This document shows positions 60,222 to 64,000 of a stretch of DNA of 64,000 nt, one piece after another; position 1 is the stretch's first letter; each line of letters starts with the position of its first letter. The notes below the pieces were generated by a model that had not been told where the DNA came from, did not search any database, and saw nothing but the letters and a program-made list of their open reading frames with translations. This stretch comes from an uncultured Aliarcobacter sp. (GTDB lineage: Bacteria; Campylobacterota; Campylobacteria; Campylobacterales; Arcobacteraceae), in contig OY781945.1 in NCBI GenBank assembly GCA_963677435.1, positions 64,001 to 128,000 of the forward strand, given 5' to 3'. A program made the position numbers and the translations under genes.

Positions 60222-61499
60222 ATGAAATTTTTAATTGCAATATTTTTACTGTTAAATATTGTTTATGCACAAACAAATGTGGTTGTTAGTATCTTACCTC
60301 AGCAAACATTTGTAGAAAAAATAGGTGGAGATAAAGTTAAGGTTAGCGCAATGGTAAAACCAGGAAGTGACCCACACACTTATGAGCCAAAACCCTCACA
60401 AATGAAAGATATTTCAAATGCAAATATCTATTTTCCAATAGGTTTAGAATTTGAAAATACATGGCTTGATAAATTTGCAACGCAAAATAAAAATATGAAA
60501 TTTGTTGAAATGACAAAAGACATTGAATTAATTGAAATGGCAAAACATCACCATCACCATGCAGAAGAACAAAATAAAAGTGAAGAGCTTCCTTTTGAAT
60601 GGGCTGGAGTTTTTGATTTAAAAAAAGGTACATATAACTGGAGTTTTTCTAAATCAGATGGCAATTATGCAGAAGCAACTATGAAAATGTTTATTATAAA
60701 AGCACAAGGAAATAGTGAAGATTTGATAAAAGCATACACAAATACTGCAAAAGATATATTTGAAAAAAATAAAATTTCAACTGCAAATAACAATGATACC
60801 CTTGAAACAAGTAACTCTTTTTATGAATTAAATTTTGATGATAAAAAAGATATATCAACTTTCAAAATTGAAGTAAAAGAAGATGGAAAATATATCTTTT
60901 TTACACAACATCAACCAACAGAGTTTGAAGGTGAGGAACATTTCTTTAAAGATTTAGCTTCAAATGATGTGGAAACAATTGAGAGTTTTCCAAAAGAAGA
61001 TGAACATCACCATGGAAAAGATCCACATACTTGGACAAGTCCTGATAATGTAAAAATTATGGCAAAAAATATTTATGATGCTTTAGTTGAAGTTGATTCT
61101 ATTAACAAAGATTATTACAAAACTAACTATGATAAGTTTATTGAAGAGATAAATCAAACAGATAAAAAAATAAAAAGTATTTTAAGTGATTTACCAAAAG
61201 ATTCTAAATTTATGGTGTTTCATCCATCTTGGGGATATTTTGCAAAAGAGTATAATTTAGTTCAATTGCCAATTGAAGTAGAAGGTAAAGAGCCAAAACC
61301 TAAAATGCTTCAAAAAATCATAAATGAAGCAAAAGAGCAAAAAGTAAAAGCGATTTTTACACAAAGTGAATTTTCAGATAAAAGTGCACAAACAATTGCA
61401 AATGAGTTAAAAATTAAAGTTATAAAAGAGACTCCATTAGCAAAAGATTGGTCTGAAAACTTGATAAAAATGGCAAATGCCATTGCTAATCACAATTAG
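60222..61499 (+). CDS. Zn/Mn ABC substrate-binding protein (ZnuA/TroA family) with inserted domain
   Basis: DPHTYEP, DPHTWTSP, FHPSWGYFA; His-rich segments. Confidence 0.9.
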   Translation: MKFLIAIFLLLNIVYAQTNVVVSILPQQTFVEKIGGDKVKVSAMVKPGSDPHTYEPKPSQMKDISNANIYFPIGLEFENTWLDKFATQNKNMKFVEMTKDIELIEMAKHHHHHAEEQNKSEELPFEWAGVFDLKKGTYNWSFSKSDGNYAEATMKMFIIKAQGNSEDLIKAYTNTAKDIFEKNKISTANNNDTLETSNSFYELNFDDKKDISTFKIEVKEDGKYIFFTQHQPTEFEGEEHFFKDLASNDVETIESFPKEDEHHHGKDPHTWTSPDNVKIMAKNIYDALVEVDSINKDYYKTNYDKFIEEINQTDKKIKSILSDLPKDSKFMVFHPSWGYFAKEYNLVQLPIEVEGKEPKPKMLQKIINEAKEQKVKAIFTQSEFSDKSAQTIANELKIKVIKETPLAKDWSENLIKMANAIANHN

Positions 61500-61518
61500 T
61501 TTTATATTGTATTCATAA

Positions 61519-61560
61519 AAAAAGCAGTAAAAGTTTAAGTACTTTTACTGCTTTTTATTT
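61519..61560 (+). terminator. intrinsic terminator after the znuA-like gene
   Basis: AAAAAGCAGTAAAAGT-ttaagt-ACTTTTACTGCTTTTT. Confidence 0.85.
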
Positions 61561-61746
61561 TTTAGGTAATCCCACTCTAACCTATTACAAATTTTCAATA
61601 AAATTATAATCTTCTCTTACTTTGCATAAAAATAATTTAAATTAATGTGAATTTCCAATAGTTTAAGTTAGAATCATGCAAAATTATAAAACCCCCATAA
61701 AACCTACTGTAGTTAAAATTATAATACATATTAATAAGGTAAAGTA

Positions 61747-62754
61747 ATGATAAATAAAATAAAAAATCCTACAACAGAATATACCCTAATAGAAACTGTA
61801 GCAAATGATAAATGGGATAAATTTGTTAATGAGTCATCAAATGGTACAATTTTTTCTACTTCTACATATTTAAAAGGATGTGATATAAAATATAAACTTT
61901 TTTATTGTTATAAAAAAGATGAACTTAGAGCAGCAGTAGCTACTATAGAAAATGAAAATGAAAATGAAAATTCTTTGGTTTTAGATGATTTTATTATTTA
62001 TAATGGAATTATGTATAACAAACCAACAAATAAGCAAAATCATTCTCAACAATTTTCTGAACAATTTAAAATACAAGAATTTATCTTAAAAGAACTTACT
62101 AATATTTACAAGAATATAGAACTTCGTTTACATCCAAGTATTGTAGATATACGAGGAATTTTATGGATAAACTTTGGAACTAAATTTCCTAAATATACTC
62201 CTGACATAAGATATACTTCATATCTAGATATATCAGATTTTAGAACAGCAAACAAACTTGAAGATATTAGTATTTATAAAAAAGCTTCAACATCAAGAAG
62301 ACAACAAATTAGATATGCAATAAAAAAAGAGTATCAAGTAAAAACTATTTCAGATATTTCTTTACTTGTAGAGTTTTATAGAAAAACAATGAATAGGCAA
62401 AATATTGAAGTTGAAAATCAAATCTTAAATACTATGAAAAATCTAGTATCAATTCTACTTGATAATAATATGGGAAAGATTTATGCTAGTTATGATGAAT
62501 TTAATGAGATTGGAAGTATAGTATTTTTTGCATGGGATACGAAAAGAGCATACTATATTTTTGGTGCAAATGATCCAGTAAAAAGAGATGGACATAGTGG
62601 AACAAATGTACTTTGGGAAACTTTTTATGATTTAAGTAAAATGGGCATTAACGAAGTAGATTTAGAAGGTATTAATTCGCCCAAAAGAGGTTGGTTTAAA
62701 CTAAGTTTTGGTGGAGATATATTGCCATATTATGAAGTAAAGTACAGGAGTTAA
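61747..62754 (+). CDS. GNAT/FemAB-like acyltransferase
   Basis: WDKFV..S..GTIF, RRQQIRYA.K, AYY..GA, DLEG....GWFKLSFGG. Confidence 0.75.
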   Translation: MINKIKNPTTEYTLIETVANDKWDKFVNESSNGTIFSTSTYLKGCDIKYKLFYCYKKDELRAAVATIENENENENSLVLDDFIIYNGIMYNKPTNKQNHSQQFSEQFKIQEFILKELTNIYKNIELRLHPSIVDIRGILWINFGTKFPKYTPDIRYTSYLDISDFRTANKLEDISIYKKASTSRRQQIRYAIKKEYQVKTISDISLLVEFYRKTMNRQNIEVENQILNTMKNLVSILLDNNMGKIYASYDEFNEIGSIVFFAWDTKRAYYIFGANDPVKRDGHSGTNVLWETFYDLSKMGINEVDLEGINSPKRGWFKLSFGGDILPYYEVKYRS

Positions 62755-62757
62755 TAG

Positions 62758-64000
62758 ATGAATATTGGACAAGAAATGTACAATTGGGCAGTAGATTTGT
62801 TCCCTATTAACAGAAGTTTATCTGGGAATGGAGTAAGAGAAACATTGCATTATATTAAAAATATAATTCCTGAACTAGATATACTTGAAGTTCCTAGTGG
62901 AACAAAATGTTTTGATTGGACAATCCCAAAAGAATGGAATTGTGATGATGGGTATATTATTGACCCAGATGGGAATAAAATTTGTGATTTTAAGATTAAT
63001 AACTTACATATTGTTGGATATTCTACACCTATTGATAAAGATATTGAATTTGAGGAACTTATAGAACATTTATATTATATAGAGGAACAACCATCTGCAA
63101 TACCATATATCACATCATACTATACAGAAAGATGGGGTTTTTGTTTAACTTTTAATGAATTCAAGAAACTAAAAAGAGGAAGGTATAAAGTTAAAATTAA
63201 TAGCGAATTAAAAAATGGAAACTTAACTTATGGAGAAATTAAATTAAAAGGAAAGAGCGAAAAAGAAATTTTTTTATCTACTTATGTATGTCATCCATCA
63301 ATGGCAAACAATGAATTATCTGGCCCAGTAGTAACAACTGCATTAGTTAATTTTATCAAATTAATCGCAAATAGGGAATACTCATATAGAATAGTATTTA
63401 TTCCTGAAACTATAGGTTCAATTATGTATATTAGTAAAAATCTTGATACTATGAAAAAATATATAATTGCGGGCTTTAATATTACTACTATTGGTGATAA
63501 TAAAAACTATTCTTATCTTCCAACAAGATATGGGAATACATTAGCTGATAAAGTATCTAAACATATTTTACAAAATACGGACTATATTGAATATAGTTTT
63601 TTAGATAGAGGTAGTGATGAAAGACAATATTGTTCTCCCGGAGTAGATTTGCCAATAGCTACAATATGTAGAACTAAATATCATGAGTATCCAGAATATC
63701 ATACTTCATTAGATGATTTAAGTTTTATCTCGCCAGAGGGTTTATATGGAGGATATGATAAAATTAAAAAAGCAATAGAGTTACTTGAATGTAATCAGTA
63801 TTATAAAATAAATGTTTTATGTGAACCTCAATTAGGGAAAAGAGGTTTATATCCAACTATTTCAACAAAAGCTTCTAATGATATTGTTAAAATGATGATG
63901 GATTTTATAGCTTATGCAGATGGTAATAATGACTTAATTGACATTGCAAATATTATTGGTGTTCAAGCAGAGGAACTTTTTGAAATAATAGAAGAAATGA
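62758..64000 (+). CDS. DUF4910 / M28-peptidase-like polysaccharide-locus protein (runs off the window edge)
   Basis: Manual translation from ATG 62758: LFPINRSLSGNGVRETL, FDWTIPKEW, CHPSMANNELSGP, RGSDERQYCSPGVDLP, CEPQLGKRGLYP. Confidence 0.82.
   Translation, partial: MNIGQEMYNWAVDLFPINRSLSGNGVRETLHYIKNIIPELDILEVPSGTKCFDWTIPKEWNCDDGYIIDPDGNKICDFKINNLHIVGYSTPIDKDIEFEELIEHLYYIEEQPSAIPYITSYYTERWGFCLTFNEFKKLKRGRYKVKINSELKNGNLTYGEIKLKGKSEKEIFLSTYVCHPSMANNELSGPVVTTALVNFIKLIANREYSYRIVFIPETIGSIMYISKNLDTMKKYIIAGFNITTIGDNKNYSYLPTRYGNTLADKVSKHILQNTDYIEYSFLDRGSDERQYCSPGVDLPIATICRTKYHEYPEYHTSLDDLSFISPEGLYGGYDKIKKAIELLECNQYYKINVLCEPQLGKRGLYPTISTKASNDIVKMMMDFIAYADGNNDLIDIANIIGVQAEELFEIIEEM

Noticed and set aside
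1072..60633. Many short antisense or overlapping ORFs in the ORF track (e.g. 1072-1326, 3577-4011, 8662-9027, 11215-11652, 14943-15362, 37902-38405, 45718-46035, 60343-60633)
   Set aside because: They shadow well-supported genes on the opposite strand or in another frame and have no recognisable motifs.

Overview
Very AT-rich bacterial chromosomal window. Gene content and order (glmM/rpsT-prfA, rplM-rpsI, four-subunit pyruvate:ferredoxin/flavodoxin oxidoreductase, luxS, MnmD-type methyltransferase, many OmpR/Cache two-component genes) point to Campylobacterota, most likely Arcobacteraceae (inference). Most of it is housekeeping and transport: leuC, lspA, glmM, the pst/pho cluster, por, tctCBA, Mla-like and YbhGFSR-like ABC systems, metH, a ZnuA-like protein and the start of a probable surface-polysaccharide island. 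The standout accessory locus (38613-41881, minus strand) is a four-gene, translationally coupled operon: ABC/AAA ATPase, MNT nucleotidyltransferase, HEPN RNase and HNH endonuclease. It looks like a Septu/PtuAB-like defence pair with a MntA-HepT toxin-antitoxin module nested inside. Non-coding signals of note: a candidate anti-Shine-Dalgarno sRNA between porB and tctC behind a duplicated promoter, a 144-nt hairpin element whose stem mismatches are all G-U on the + strand, Pho-box-like and Zur-like operators, a sigma54-type promoter before two unknown genes, and a probable ATT start codon. No rRNA, tRNA, CRISPR array, transposase, integrase or reverse transcriptase was recognised. All calls come from motif reading by eye; no database searches were run.
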